Part shown: one piece after another, positions 38,620 through 49,087 of the stretch
Layout of the letters: every line of letters begins with the position of its first letter
Position numbering within the stretch: position 1 is the stretch's first letter
From: Pseudomonadota bacterium
GTDB taxonomy: Bacteria; Myxococcota; JACRCW01; JAFGSX01
NCBI GenBank assembly: GCA_043821645.1
Contig: JBDRCO010000023.1
Location: 96,001-160,000 of the forward strand
DNA length: 64,000 bases
Direction of reading: 5' to 3'
Notes under the pieces: model-generated
Database searches by the model: none
What the model was told of the DNA's origin: nothing
The model's input: the letters and a program-made list of their open reading frames with translations, nothing else
Position numbers and translations under genes: made by a program

Positions 38620-40341
38620 ATGGGTGAGATCACGATGGGTATCGACCTCGGCACCTCCAACTCCTGCGTCGCCATTGTCGAGGAGGGACAGCCGACTGTC
38701 GTGGCCAACGAGTGGGGTGAGTTCATCCATGCCTCGGTGATCAGCTTTCTCGAGGACGGAACGGTCCTGGTCGGCAACGACGCCAAGCGACAGATGGTGG
38801 CCAACTACGACAACACCGTGTTCTCGGCCAAGCGTCTCATCGGACGCTTCTTCTTCTCGGAAGAGGTCAAGAAGGCGCTGGCGCTGGTGCCCTACCACAT
38901 CGTCGAGGGCCCCAATAACAGTGTACGCATCGCGGTGCGCGAGCAGGTCTACAGCCTGCCCGAACTCTCGGCGCTGATCCTCAAGGAGATGCGAGCCATC
39001 GTCGAGGGTCACGTCGGCAAGCGCGTGCGCAAGGCGGTGGTCACGGTCCCGGCCTACTTCAATGACAACCAGCGGCAAGCGACCAAGGACTCGGGCCGCA
39101 TCGCCGGTCTCGAGGTCATGCGCATCCTCAACGAGCCCACGGCAGCAGCCCTGGCCTACGGCTTTGGCCAGAACATCGCGCAGAACGTGGTGGTCTACGA
39201 CCTCGGTGGAGGGACCTTCGACGTCTCCATCCTCGAGATCGGCGCCGACGTGTTCGAGGTGATCTCCACCGCCGGCGACACCTACCTGGGTGGTGACGAC
39301 TTCGACGAGCGCATCGTGATGTGGCTGTGCGACCAGTTTCAGCAGGCCTTCCAGGTCGACCTGCGCCAGGATCGCTACGCCCTGGCCAAGATCAAGGAAG
39401 CCGCCGAGCGCGCCAAGATCGAGCTCAGCGAGGCCGAGACCGCACACATCCACGTTCCTCTGGTCTTCACCGACGCCGAGGGCTTCAGCTACGACCTCGA
39501 GGCCGACCTGCCGCGCACCCAGTTCAACCAGATGGTGATGGACATGGTGCAGCGCACGTTCAAGGTCTGCGACGAAGCCCTGCAGTCCGCCCGCCTGACG
39601 GCCAACGACATCGACGGCGTGATCCTGGTTGGCGGCCCGACCCGTCTACCCGTGGTGCGCAATTCGGTGCGTCACTACTTCCAGCGCGAGCCCAACGCCG
39701 AGATCGACCCCGATGTGGTGGTGGCCCTGGGCGCCGCCATCCAGGCCAACGCGCTCCTCGATGAGGGGACCTCGACCTTCTTGCTCGATGTCACGCCCTT
39801 GACCCTGCGCCTGGGCACCGTGGGCGGCTACTCCGAGTCCATCATCGAGAAGAACACTCCGATTCCCATCGACCGCACCCGCACCTTCACCACTGCGCGC
39901 GACAATCAGGACCGCGTGGTGATCAAGATCTTCCAGGGCGAGAGCCGGCGGACCGACGAGTGCACCCTCCTGGGGCAGTTCGAATTCTCGGGCCTGCGCC
40001 GGGCAGCCCGCGGCCTGGTCAAGATCGAGGTGACCTTCGAGATCGACACCGACGGCATCGTCAACGTGTCCGCGCGCGACGTGGACACGGGCCAGGAAGC
40101 CTCGACCACCATCAGTCTGTCGTCAGGCTTGACCGAGCAGGACATCGTGCAGGCCACCGAGAGGCAGGAGCAGATCCAGGTCGTGGATCGCTCCCCGGCG
40201 GATGGGAGCGCGCCCACGGCCCAGCTGCCCGCCCAGGGTGACAACGAGCTCACGGCGATGCTACCGGGTCAGGATGCCGGGGACGAACTCACGGCGCTGA
40301 TGGCGCAGGTGGCTGCGAGCCCCGACGTCGACGACGAATAG
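38620..40341 (+). CDS. Hsp70 family protein (DnaK-like, short lid)
   Basis: [47 protein letters not shown] linker. Confidence 0.93.
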   Translation: MGEITMGIDLGTSNSCVAIVEEGQPTVVANEWGEFIHASVISFLEDGTVLVGNDAKRQMVANYDNTVFSAKRLIGRFFFSEEVKKALALVPYHIVEGPNNSVRIAVREQVYSLPELSALILKEMRAIVEGHVGKRVRKAVVTVPAYFNDNQRQATKDSGRIAGLEVMRILNEPTAAALAYGFGQNIAQNVVVYDLGGGTFDVSILEIGADVFEVISTAGDTYLGGDDFDERIVMWLCDQFQQAFQVDLRQDRYALAKIKEAAERAKIELSEAETAHIHVPLVFTDAEGFSYDLEADLPRTQFNQMVMDMVQRTFKVCDEALQSARLTANDIDGVILVGGPTRLPVVRNSVRHYFQREPNAEIDPDVVVALGAAIQANALLDEGTSTFLLDVTPLTLRLGTVGGYSESIIEKNTPIPIDRTRTFTTARDNQDRVVIKIFQGESRRTDECTLLGQFEFSGLRRAARGLVKIEVTFEIDTDGIVNVSARDVDTGQEASTTISLSSGLTEQDIVQATERQEQIQVVDRSPADGSAPTAQLPAQGDNELTAMLPGQDAGDELTALMAQVAASPDVDDE

Positions 40342-40364
40342 CCCACCGCCAGGAGAAGCAGGCC

Positions 40365-40913
40365 ATGGACTACACGCATCCCCAGTACCATCCCCAGCTC
40401 AAGCAGCTGGCCGCGCAGATCGACCAGCTCGACTACTTCGAGATCCTCAACCTCGCGCAGGATGCGACGCCTGCAGAGATCAAGTTGTCCTATTTTGATC
40501 AATCGCGCTCCCTGCATCCGGACCGTTTCTACCACCTGGCCGACGAGGAGCTGAAGCTGGCCATCCACAAGATCTACAAGCGGATCACCGAGTCCTACAT
40601 GGTGCTCAAGGATCCGGTGAAGCGCGTGAAGTACGCCCAGGATGTGAGTGGCCCCGAGCGGCTGTCGCGCCTGCGCTTCACCGAGGTGGCCGAGGAAGAG
40701 GTCAAAAAGGAGCGGGAGGACGCGCGCGAGGTCTGCAAGACGCCCAAGGGCCGCCAGCTGTGGCGGCAGGTCGATTCGGACATGCGCGCCGAGAAATGGG
40801 ACGCCGCCTTCCGCAACCTGCAGACCATCTCGCTGTGGGAGCCTCAGAACGAGGTCGTCCAGAAGCTCAAGGGCGAGGTGGACCGCAAGCGAAAAGGTCT
40901 CCCGCCGCTGTAG
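40365..40913 (+). CDS. J-domain protein
   Basis: DYFEIL...EIK..Y...LHPDRF...ITESY.VL.DP..R..Y. Confidence 0.88.
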   Translation: MDYTHPQYHPQLKQLAAQIDQLDYFEILNLAQDATPAEIKLSYFDQSRSLHPDRFYHLADEELKLAIHKIYKRITESYMVLKDPVKRVKYAQDVSGPERLSRLRFTEVAEEEVKKEREDAREVCKTPKGRQLWRQVDSDMRAEKWDAAFRNLQTISLWEPQNEVVQKLKGEVDRKRKGLPPL

Positions 40914-40920
40914 TGCCAGC

Positions 40921-43236
40921 CTAGTACTGGGCCTCGCGCAGCCTCAGCAGCATCAGGTTCATGGTGCTGTTCACCTTGACCAGCTTGGCGGGATCGCTGC
41001 CCGCAGCCCGGTACTCCAGCAACATGCTGCGCAGCTGTGCCTCGAGCCCCTTGAACAACTCCGAGCTATCGTCGAGCCTGGGGCGAATCCGGTAGTAGGA
41101 CGTCTGCACGCGGTTGAGTTTGTTGTTGATGAAGGTCTTGCGGAAGGTGAAGCCGTCGATCTTGCCCTTGAGCCGGCCTACCAGCTCGCGGCGAACGCCA
41201 TCGTCGGTGTTTGGATTCTTGGCGGCCTTGTACTCCTCCGGCCACAGATCCACCGCGTCGTCTGGCAACAGGCCCTTGCTCCCGAGCGCCCGGTCGAGCT
41301 CGCGGATCATGTTGGTCGCGGCGGCGCTCAGCTCGTTGCTCCTGGCCGGCCTGGGCACCGCAGGAGGCTTCACGGGCTTGGGATCGACGACAGGCGGTGC
41401 CACCGTGGTCACCGGGGGGGGCTTGACCGGCGGAGGCCGTACAGGGTCCGCCCGGGGTGGTTTCTTGGGCTGTCTCGGGTGGCCGGGTGTGGTGCCCGGC
41501 GGCGGCTTGACCGGGTTGTCGACCCGCGCCTGAGGCGGGGTGTCCCTTTCAGGCCGCGGCGGCTTGTCGACGCGTGGCTTGCGGGGTGGAGGATCGAGAT
41601 CGTCCTCTCCGCTGGCTGCCTGCGCAAGTTCAGGTATCCCGGCGTCCGCGCTCGCCGGCGTGTCCGCCGCTGCCAGGACGACCGTGTCGGTCGTGTTCCC
41701 GGGTTGCGAATCCGGCCCACCCAGCATGGCCCAGAGCAGGACCACTCCCAGCAGCGCACCGCTCGCCGCCACACCGCCGAGGACCAGCAAGCGCGGCCTG
41801 GCCCGTCCCGCGAACATGGAGCGCTCGGCCTCGTCGCGTCCGTGCTGCGACCCCTGGGCTGCGATGGCTTGCGCTGCCGGGTGGCCAGTCTTCTGCACCT
41901 CCCTGGGCATCCGGTCTCCGCCCACCGCGGGCGCGGGCAGGGGGTGCTCACCAGTGCGCGGCACAATGAAGGTCTGCTCGCCGTGAATGGCGGCTGCCGG
42001 CCGGATGGCGGGCACCTCCGCCGGGAGAGCGATGGGCGCTGCAAACTCAACTTTCGCCGGTGTGGCTGCGGGCAAGGGGGCCGTGGGCTCGCGCGGGTCC
42101 ACAGGCTCCGGGATCGCCGGCGTGTCCTCCCCGACCGCGGTGCGGACAGCGGTCGCTGCCTCGAATACCGCTGCAGGACCGTCGGACATCAAGGTTGATT
42201 CCGGGACGGCCGCGGTCGGATCTGCCAGGCTGACGGAGTGCGTGGACTCGTCGGTGGACAGATCGAAGGGAGCCATGCGTCCGAGCTGCTGCATGAACTC
42301 CTTCTCGAGTTTGAGATCCACCTCGAACAGGTCGGCCAGCAGGCCCACCAGCTCCTGTCGTGCCTGCTCGTGCGTCCAGTGCGACTGTGCTCTGAGGTCC
42401 GCAAGCAGGGCCGCAGCGTCGGGGTAGCGGTCGTCGGGCTGCACCGCCAGGGCGCGCTCGACCACTGGCACCATGGCCGGCGGCAGGCGCTCGCGACGGA
42501 CGCCCTCGAGAGCCTGGCCGCGGGCGACAATGGACCACAGCTGGTTGGGATCCACGTCGTCATAGAGGCGGCGACCGCTGAGCAACTCGTACAGCATCAC
42601 CCCCGCGGCGAACAGATCGACGCGGTGATCGATGTCGTGCCCGCGGGCTTGCTCGGGAGCCATGTAGCGAAGCTTGCCCAGCACCATGCCGGGCTCGGTC
42701 GCGGTGGTGCGCGCCGCGAAGCGCGCCAGGCCGAAATCGATGAGCCGCACGTCGCCCTGCCAGCTCACCATGAGGTTCTGCGGACTGACATCGCGGTGGA
42801 TCAGGTTGAGAGTGGCGCCGCTCAGGTCCCTGGCCTGGTGCAGGTAGCCCAGGGCGTCGAGCAGCTCACCCACGACGTAGTAGGCGATCTCGGGAGGGAT
42901 CTGTCGTTCGAGGTCGCGCGCGCGCTCCAGGACGCTCCGGGCATCGCGGCCAGAGATGTACTCGAGCTCGAGGAAGTAGGTGCCCTCGGCAAAGCCGATA
43001 TCGAACACCTTGTTGATGACCGGGTGCTTGAGCACGATGGCAACGCGCGCCTCGTCGAGGAAGCGCGTCACGTATTCCTCGTCGCGGGTCAGGTCCTGGC
43101 GCAGGGTCTTGAGCGCGACGTAGCGCTGCTCCCCGGCCACCGCGGCCTTCTGGCCAAGGAAGATCTCGCCCATGCCGCCGCGCGCCAGGCGCTCCAGCAG
43201 CATGTAGTTTCCGAACCGTCTGGGCAGCGTGGACAC
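40921..43236 (-). CDS. membrane Ser/Thr (Hanks-type) protein kinase
   Basis: LARGGMGEIF, VALK, IHRDVSPQN, DFG, YMAPE; TM, Pro-rich linker, helical C-terminal domain. Confidence 0.93.
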   Translation of the reverse strand: MSTLPRRFGNYMLLERLARGGMGEIFLGQKAAVAGEQRYVALKTLRQDLTRDEEYVTRFLDEARVAIVLKHPVINKVFDIGFAEGTYFLELEYISGRDARSVLERARDLERQIPPEIAYYVVGELLDALGYLHQARDLSGATLNLIHRDVSPQNLMVSWQGDVRLIDFGLARFAARTTATEPGMVLGKLRYMAPEQARGHDIDHRVDLFAAGVMLYELLSGRRLYDDVDPNQLWSIVARGQALEGVRRERLPPAMVPVVERALAVQPDDRYPDAAALLADLRAQSHWTHEQARQELVGLLADLFEVDLKLEKEFMQQLGRMAPFDLSTDESTHSVSLADPTAAVPESTLMSDGPAAVFEAATAVRTAVGEDTPAIPEPVDPREPTAPLPAATPAKVEFAAPIALPAEVPAIRPAAAIHGEQTFIVPRTGEHPLPAPAVGGDRMPREVQKTGHPAAQAIAAQGSQHGRDEAERSMFAGRARPRLLVLGGVAASGALLGVVLLWAMLGGPDSQPGNTTDTVVLAAADTPASADAGIPELAQAASGEDDLDPPPRKPRVDKPPRPERDTPPQARVDNPVKPPPGTTPGHPRQPKKPPRADPVRPPPVKPPPVTTVAPPVVDPKPVKPPAVPRPARSNELSAAATNMIRELDRALGSKGLLPDDAVDLWPEEYKAAKNPNTDDGVRRELVGRLKGKIDGFTFRKTFINNKLNRVQTSYYRIRPRLDDSSELFKGLEAQLRSMLLEYRAAGSDPAKLVKVNSTMNLMLLRLREAQY

Positions 43237-43253
43237 GTGCGCCTGTCACCACC

Positions 43254-45056
43254 TCAGCGGGTGCTGATCGGTCCGGCGCTCACGACCTCGAACGCCTCGA
43301 CCGGTTCCGCCTTGCCCTTGAGCGGTATCGCACCGCGCGGTTGTATCAGGAACTGCCCTTGCACCAGCTCCATGGTGCGCGGACCGATCAGGATCTGGCC
43401 GGGTTCGGCGGCCTCCTCGAGCCGGGCCGCGACGTTGACCGCGTCGCCCAGCGCCGTGTATTCGAGTCGCATGCGGGAGCCGATGAGGCCGGCCACCACG
43501 GGACCGGTGTTGAGCCCGATGCGAAGTCGCAGCCGCTCGGCAGGTGGCCGCTCTGCAATCACGGCATTGAAAGCCGAGCGCATGGCCAGGGCGCAAGCCA
43601 CAGCCCGCTCGGCATCGTTGTCGCCGGGGAAGGGTGCGCCGAACAGCGCCATGACGGCGTCGCCGATGTACTTGTCGACCGTGCCGCGGTGCTGGAACAC
43701 GACCTCGGTCATTCGCGCCAGGTAGGCATTGAGCAGGTCCGCGACGCGCGAGGGCGGGTGGCGCTCCGCGAACGCGGTGAAGGAACTGAGGTCGCAGAAC
43801 AGCACCGTGGCTTCGAGCGGTTCGAGAAAGGGCTCCAGTCCGCCGGAGGAATCGGAGCCGCGGTTGAGCATGATCTTCTCGACCACCTCGGGCGTATGAA
43901 AGCGCTCGAGGGCTGACCGCAGCGAGGCCTCGGCCTGAACCTGTTCGCGCAGCCTGGACTGCTCGATGCCCAGGCCCACCAGGTGTCCCAGGGCGCCGAC
44001 CAGGTCATTCTCGGGAGGCAGGAAGGGGCGCTCGCGGGTCAGGTAGATGGCGCCCTCGGCGGCCTCGTCCCGCAGCAGGGGCACGCACAGCACCGCCTTG
44101 AGATCCAGGCGCATCACGCTCTCGCCGCTCGCGAAGCGCATGTCCGAGGCTGCGTTGGCCGCCACCACCGCCGAGCGATCGCGCACAGCGCGCTCGACCA
44201 CCGTCTGCGACAGGTGCAGGGAGCGGATGCGCTTGGCCAGCCGGACCACCCGTGGCTTCATCTCGCCAAAGGACCCCTCGGGAAGCAGCACGGCGACACC
44301 CTGGGACTGGGTGGCGTTGAGCAGGGCGTCGGCGATCTTGCCCAGGAAGTCATCGAGGGTGAGCGCCAGATGCGACTCCGCCATGACCCGGTACAGCAAG
44401 CTCAGGGCCAGGGTCTCGATGGACTCGGCGGTGGGCTGGCGGTCCAGGGTCATCGCCACGGACTTGAAGTCGCCGACCTCGCTGATGTCGACCTTGCCGC
44501 TGGAACGCGAACGCAGGTGCTGCACCAGCGGATTGCTGGCAATGGGCGTCAACCGCAGGCGCTCGGCGTCCACCTTGGGGTCGGGCTCCCAGCTCCACGC
44601 CAGATCCTTGCTGATCTGGGCCGGGACGACCGGAGCGCGCGCGCGGAGCGGATCCGTGAAATCGAGGGTGAGATCATCCTCGGCGAAATCATCGGTGATG
44701 ACGGGCAGGCTGGCGTCGACAGGCTCGGCCTTGCGGCGGTCGGGCAAGAAGCTCAGGGTCCACTCCCCGGCCTGCACCTTCTCGCCACCGTTGAGCACGA
44801 TCTCGCTGATGCGCTTGCCGTCGAAATGCGTGCCGTTATGACTCTGCAGGTCAGAGATCTTCAGCTGCTCCTCGCCCTCGGCGGCGATGCTGAAGTGGCG
44901 GCGGGAGATCTTGCGCCCCTCGAGACAGATGTCGCAGGTAGGATCCCGCCCCACCAGGGAGGGACGCGACAGGATGAACTCTCGCGTTCGCCCACCTGGC
45001 CCCTCGGCCATCACGCGCCACTTGCGGAGGAGCTGCTGTCCCGCCTCTGCGCTCAA
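43254..45056 (-). CDS. FHA-GAF-class III adenylate cyclase
   Basis: FHA (VGR, SRRH, SHNGT); GAF (AVLCVPL); cyclase VLFCDL, DKYIGDAVMA, EYTALGDAVNVAARLE with ATP-specifying K/T. Confidence 0.92.
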   Translation of the reverse strand: MSAEAGQQLLRKWRVMAEGPGGRTREFILSRPSLVGRDPTCDICLEGRKISRRHFSIAAEGEEQLKISDLQSHNGTHFDGKRISEIVLNGGEKVQAGEWTLSFLPDRRKAEPVDASLPVITDDFAEDDLTLDFTDPLRARAPVVPAQISKDLAWSWEPDPKVDAERLRLTPIASNPLVQHLRSRSSGKVDISEVGDFKSVAMTLDRQPTAESIETLALSLLYRVMAESHLALTLDDFLGKIADALLNATQSQGVAVLLPEGSFGEMKPRVVRLAKRIRSLHLSQTVVERAVRDRSAVVAANAASDMRFASGESVMRLDLKAVLCVPLLRDEAAEGAIYLTRERPFLPPENDLVGALGHLVGLGIEQSRLREQVQAEASLRSALERFHTPEVVEKIMLNRGSDSSGGLEPFLEPLEATVLFCDLSSFTAFAERHPPSRVADLLNAYLARMTEVVFQHRGTVDKYIGDAVMALFGAPFPGDNDAERAVACALAMRSAFNAVIAERPPAERLRLRIGLNTGPVVAGLIGSRMRLEYTALGDAVNVAARLEEAAEPGQILIGPRTMELVQGQFLIQPRGAIPLKGKAEPVEAFEVVSAGPISTR

Positions 45057-45309
45057 TTCAAACTCCCTGCCCCCTTGGCAATCGCGACTTTGCTCCCTTA
45101 TATCGCATTATCGCCAGAGCATGCGCCCGCATGCACTCGCATCGTCTGGCGAGCCGACCCCGAGGCCGCGACAGGTCAAAAACTTGAACAATCTAGACCA
45201 GCTTCGTATCCTAGCCAACATGAAACGGTCGTTCCAGTCTCCGCTCACACACAGCTCGCAGCAGCATGAGGGCCGGAGCAGAGCCTCCAGGTCACCCGGG
45301 CTCCACGGC

Positions 45310-46290
45310 ATGGGCCAAAGCTGGTTGTGGTGGGTTGGCCTGTGCACCGCGGGCGTCCTCCTCGCTGCGGGCTGCCCGGACAAGCGGCCCGAGGAAGAGC
45401 TGACCATCGTCGTACGCGAGGACACCCGGCGCATCGACGAGAAGAAGCAGCAACTCGAGGCCGAGCGCCTGCGCATCTTCGAGGATCAGAAGAAACTCGA
45501 CGAGAGCCTGCAGAAACTCAAGGATGGTTTCGGCGATCAGACAGATGACAAGTCGCGCGAGTTTGTCGACGTCATCAAGCGCTTGCAGGCGGAGAACAGC
45601 AGGCTGTCCAAGCGCCTGGGCGAGGAGATGGTCCAGCACAGCAGCCTGCTCGACCAGCAGAAGCAGCAGGCGACTGGCGGCGGGCGAGTCTCGAGCAGGG
45701 GCGGCGAGAGCAGTGGGGAATGGAAAGCCGAGATCTCCGAGGTCAAGCAGCAGCAGGATGCGCTGTCCAGAGATCTGGCCTCGGTGCGCGTCTCCCTGGG
45801 CGGCATCGATGCCCAGCTCCGGGCCGTGCTCGCCAAGCTGGACAACCTGCCTGCCGGGTCGGCTCCCATGGTCGCAGCGCCGGTCATCTCGTCGGGGAAG
45901 GTGGTTTCCAAGAAAGCCCTGGACAGGGCTAACAAGAAGCTGAGTTCGAGCATGAGCCGCAAGGGCATCCTCGTCATGGACCTACCCGAGGCCTACAGGA
46001 ACCACCCGCGCGACATCCGCAAGGCGCTCAACAGCGGTGACAACGCCATGGCCTACGAGCTGATCTCGCAACAGCAGTCCGTGGTGGACGGCATCGCCAT
46101 CGACAGCGCGTTCATCCAGGCCAAGATGGTCAGGGTCAACAGCCTGGTCGGCGGCAGCCGCCTCAGCGACGAGAAAAAGGCTGCGGCAGCCGACAAGCTC
46201 AAGGACGCGACCTCTGCCTTCTCCGACGGCAAGTACAAGCAGGCCAATCTCCTGATCAATGAGATCGTGGGGCTGATGGGCTCGAGCTGA
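45310..46290 (+). CDS. coiled-coil lipoprotein
   Basis: Lipobox LLAAG-C; long coiled coil; helical C-terminal domain resembling the kinase C-terminus. Confidence 0.8.
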   Translation: MGQSWLWWVGLCTAGVLLAAGCPDKRPEEELTIVVREDTRRIDEKKQQLEAERLRIFEDQKKLDESLQKLKDGFGDQTDDKSREFVDVIKRLQAENSRLSKRLGEEMVQHSSLLDQQKQQATGGGRVSSRGGESSGEWKAEISEVKQQQDALSRDLASVRVSLGGIDAQLRAVLAKLDNLPAGSAPMVAAPVISSGKVVSKKALDRANKKLSSSMSRKGILVMDLPEAYRNHPRDIRKALNSGDNAMAYELISQQQSVVDGIAIDSAFIQAKMVRVNSLVGGSRLSDEKKAAAADKLKDATSAFSDGKYKQANLLINEIVGLMGSS

Positions 46291-47275
46291 GCCTCGAGCG
46301 TTCGGCCTCGCCCCCCTCCAGAAAGATAGATTCCTGAGGAATTTCGGGCAGATCCGTTGGCCAGGGTGCCACAAAGAACTGCGGAGCCACGCCGAGGTCC
46401 GGGTCAAGCTCGAGCGCCCGGGCATGCAGACACTGGCGCGGCCAACCGAGCTCGTCCACGGAGGCGGCGGCCTCGCCCCCTTCAGCCCAGCGCAGAAACC
46501 AGTCCTCGCCCTGCCCGCCGTAGATCTTGTCGCCTACGATGGGGTGACCGATGAGCGACAGGTGTGCCCGGATCTGGTGGGTGCGGCCAGTCCGCGGGTA
46601 GCACGCCACCAGGCTGCGATCGCCCAGCGCAGCCAGGAGGCGGACCTCGGTGCGCGCCGGGGGCGCATCCGGCACGGCCCCCATGCGGATGCGGATGGCT
46701 CCGCCCAGGGGACCCAGCGGGATGTCGATGCGCTGCGGGGTGGCGGACACGCTGCCCTCGACCAGAGCCCAGTAAGTCTTGTGCACCTGGCCGTGGGCGA
46801 AGGCGCGCTTGAGCCGCCGCTCCACGTCGAGAGTGCGCGCCAGTAGCAGCACGCCGCTGGTCTCGCGATCCAGGCGGTGGCAGATCCTCGGCACGACCGC
46901 GTCGGCGGACCCCGCCTGACGCCGGAGCAATTGCGTCAAGGTGGTGCGGAAGTAGCGCGCCGAGGGGTGCACGGCGAGACCCGCGGGTTTGTCGATGACC
47001 AGCAGGTGATCGTCGTCGTGAAGCACCTCGAAGGATTCGGGTGCCGCGGGCTCCTCGGGTGGGGTCCGCCACAGCGACAGGATCTCATCACCCCGCACCC
47101 GGCTCGCGGGTCTGAGAGCACGGCCGTCCCGGCGCAGGTCCCCGTTCTTCACGATGGCCGAGGCGCGGCTTCGCGACAGGCGGCGAATCTTGGTCGCCAG
47201 GAACTGGTCCGCGCGCTGGCCGTCCAGCTGCGGGTCCACGTGCAAGCTTAGGCAGATGCGTGCGTCGTCGGCCAT
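46256..47275 (-). CDS. RluA-family pseudouridine synthase (S4 domain)
   Basis: DKPAGLAVHP, HRLDRETSG, TGRTHQIRAH, GHPIVGDKIY. Confidence 0.94.
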   Translation of the reverse strand: MADDARICLSLHVDPQLDGQRADQFLATKIRRLSRSRASAIVKNGDLRRDGRALRPASRVRGDEILSLWRTPPEEPAAPESFEVLHDDDHLLVIDKPAGLAVHPSARYFRTTLTQLLRRQAGSADAVVPRICHRLDRETSGVLLLARTLDVERRLKRAFAHGQVHKTYWALVEGSVSATPQRIDIPLGPLGGAIRIRMGAVPDAPPARTEVRLLAALGDRSLVACYPRTGRTHQIRAHLSLIGHPIVGDKIYGGQGEDWFLRWAEGGEAAASVDELGWPRQCLHARALELDPDLGVAPQFFVAPWPTDLPEIPQESIFLEGGEAERSRLSSSPSAPRSH

Positions 47276-47325
47276 GGCGCCCCGGGGTACCACGGGTACC
47301 TCCGGTGAGCATCCTAGCGCGCGCT

Positions 47326-47607
47326 TCAGAATCCCGCGCCCACCATGTGCTCGGCGAGGGCGCGAATCAGGCGGCGGCGCAGCTCCTGCTGCATGAAGAT
47401 CACCGTCGCTCGCGTGGCGGGACGCCCAGTGCGCAGCTCGAGCCAGCTCGCGGCGAGGCTCACGGCCTGCCGGATCTTGTCCGGGTCGAGGCGGAAGTCC
47501 TCGTCCTCACGGCCGAGCAAGAAGCTCTCGACTCCGAAGCGATCGACCAGCAGGGCAAACAGCCTGCGAGAACGACGGATGTGGCAGAGATCGATCACGT
47601 GTCCCAT
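47326..47607 (-). CDS. small hypothetical protein
   Basis: 93-aa helical C-terminal part of ORF 47326..48690 (MGHVIDL...); the rest of that ORF is antisense to the porin gene. Confidence 0.55.
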   Translation of the reverse strand: MGHVIDLCHIRRSRRLFALLVDRFGVESFLLGREDEDFRLDPDKIRQAVSLAASWLELRTGRPATRATVIFMQQELRRRLIRALAEHMVGAGF

Positions 47608-47718
47608 GTGATCGTCGATGCTAGTCGCTCCGTCGACGACGATCCATTTTTCGGACCGGGTTTTTGCTCGACCTTGTCTGCTGTTTCGTGTCATCAGATC
47701 GCGCCACAGGAGCCCCGC

Positions 47719-48966
47719 ATGAAATTCTTGACGCCTTGTGCCCTGCTGCTCCTCGGCCTGGCCACCGGCGCCCGTGCCGAGCCGAGCGCGCTCCCCGACG
47801 CTGCTTCGTCCCTGCCGTCCAGCGCCCCGGCGACGATGGACGGCGAGGACCCGGCCGCGGCGGTCGACGATCCGTTCTTCAGCGGCGATCTGGATCACGC
47901 GTTTGACGACGTCGACACCGAGTGGAAGGACGACCAGGAGGTGGCCACAGAGACCCGGACCTTCGTCGGTCCGCCCTCCCCCCTCGCCGCCTACCGCGCG
48001 CTGGTCAAGCACGACGCCATCTCGCTCCTGCTCAAGACGCGGATCCTTGCCAGCGTGCAGGAGGTGCCGGACACCCGCAGCGATGGATTTCAGATCCGGC
48101 AGCTGCGCGCGGTGGTCTCGGGCAAGCTCGGCCATGGCTTCGACTACTACACCCAGATCGACGCGGCCAGCTCGCGACCCCTGATCGACGCCATCATCGG
48201 CTGGGGGCCCATCGACGCCCTCAAGCTCTCGCTCGGCCAGATGAAGACGCCCTTCTCGGGCGAGTTTTTGATCTCGCGACCGGATCTGAGCTTCATCGAG
48301 CGCTCCGAGGCCCAGCTGGCCATCTCGGCAAATCGCTCGGTGGGCGCGCAGCTGTCGGGACACTTTCTCGACCAGCACCTGTCCTACCGCGCCGGTGTCT
48401 TCAACGGCGAGGGTTTCGATGCCCTGGAGTGGGGACGCAGCCTGCTCTACGTGGGCCGCGTCCAGGCCGTGCCGCTGGACCTGCACCTGCGCAGCCAGAA
48501 CTTTCAGTGGACCGTGGCCATCAATGCCGCCTACGGACCCCGCGCCATCCTCGAGCTGGGAGACATCCGGCCCCTGTCCCTGGCTGGCACCCTCGACGGC
48601 TCGCGCCTCCTCGCAGGAGCCGACAGCCGCCTGCAGCTCGGGCCCGTGTGGTTGGCCGGGGAATGGCTGTACGGCCTGTACGACGGGCACTCGAGCACGC
48701 GAGGGACTACCAGCTTCTTCGCCACCGGAGGCTATGGCGAGGCCGGCATGTCGCTGGTACCAGGTACCGTCGACATCATGGTTCGTTACGACGCCCTGTA
48801 CGCCTCGGTGAGCGAGGTCTACACCCAGTTCATCCTGTTCGGTGTGCGCGTGTTCGCGACCGATTTCCTGCGCATCCAGCTCAACTACGCCTGGGGTCCG
48901 GGCTACGGCACGAGCTCCTACTGGTCACCCAACCAGCTCCAGGCCGCGTTTCAGCTGCTGCTCTAG
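47719..48966 (+). CDS. outer-membrane porin, OprO/OprP-like
   Basis: Signal peptide; F.IRQLR, GQMKTPFS.E, L.FIERS, R.VG, GVFNG motifs. Confidence 0.78.
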   Translation: MKFLTPCALLLLGLATGARAEPSALPDAASSLPSSAPATMDGEDPAAAVDDPFFSGDLDHAFDDVDTEWKDDQEVATETRTFVGPPSPLAAYRALVKHDAISLLLKTRILASVQEVPDTRSDGFQIRQLRAVVSGKLGHGFDYYTQIDAASSRPLIDAIIGWGPIDALKLSLGQMKTPFSGEFLISRPDLSFIERSEAQLAISANRSVGAQLSGHFLDQHLSYRAGVFNGEGFDALEWGRSLLYVGRVQAVPLDLHLRSQNFQWTVAINAAYGPRAILELGDIRPLSLAGTLDGSRLLAGADSRLQLGPVWLAGEWLYGLYDGHSSTRGTTSFFATGGYGEAGMSLVPGTVDIMVRYDALYASVSEVYTQFILFGVRVFATDFLRIQLNYAWGPGYGTSSYWSPNQLQAAFQLLL

Positions 48967-49087
48967 CTCGCCAGCGCCACAAAGGCCGAGCACGGCCGCT
49001 GCTCCCGGCGAGGTTGTCAAAACCTCGGTCTGTCCCCGGCTTTTGTTCGCGGCAGGTTTATGCCAAGGTCTGGCCACGGAGGAGAGT

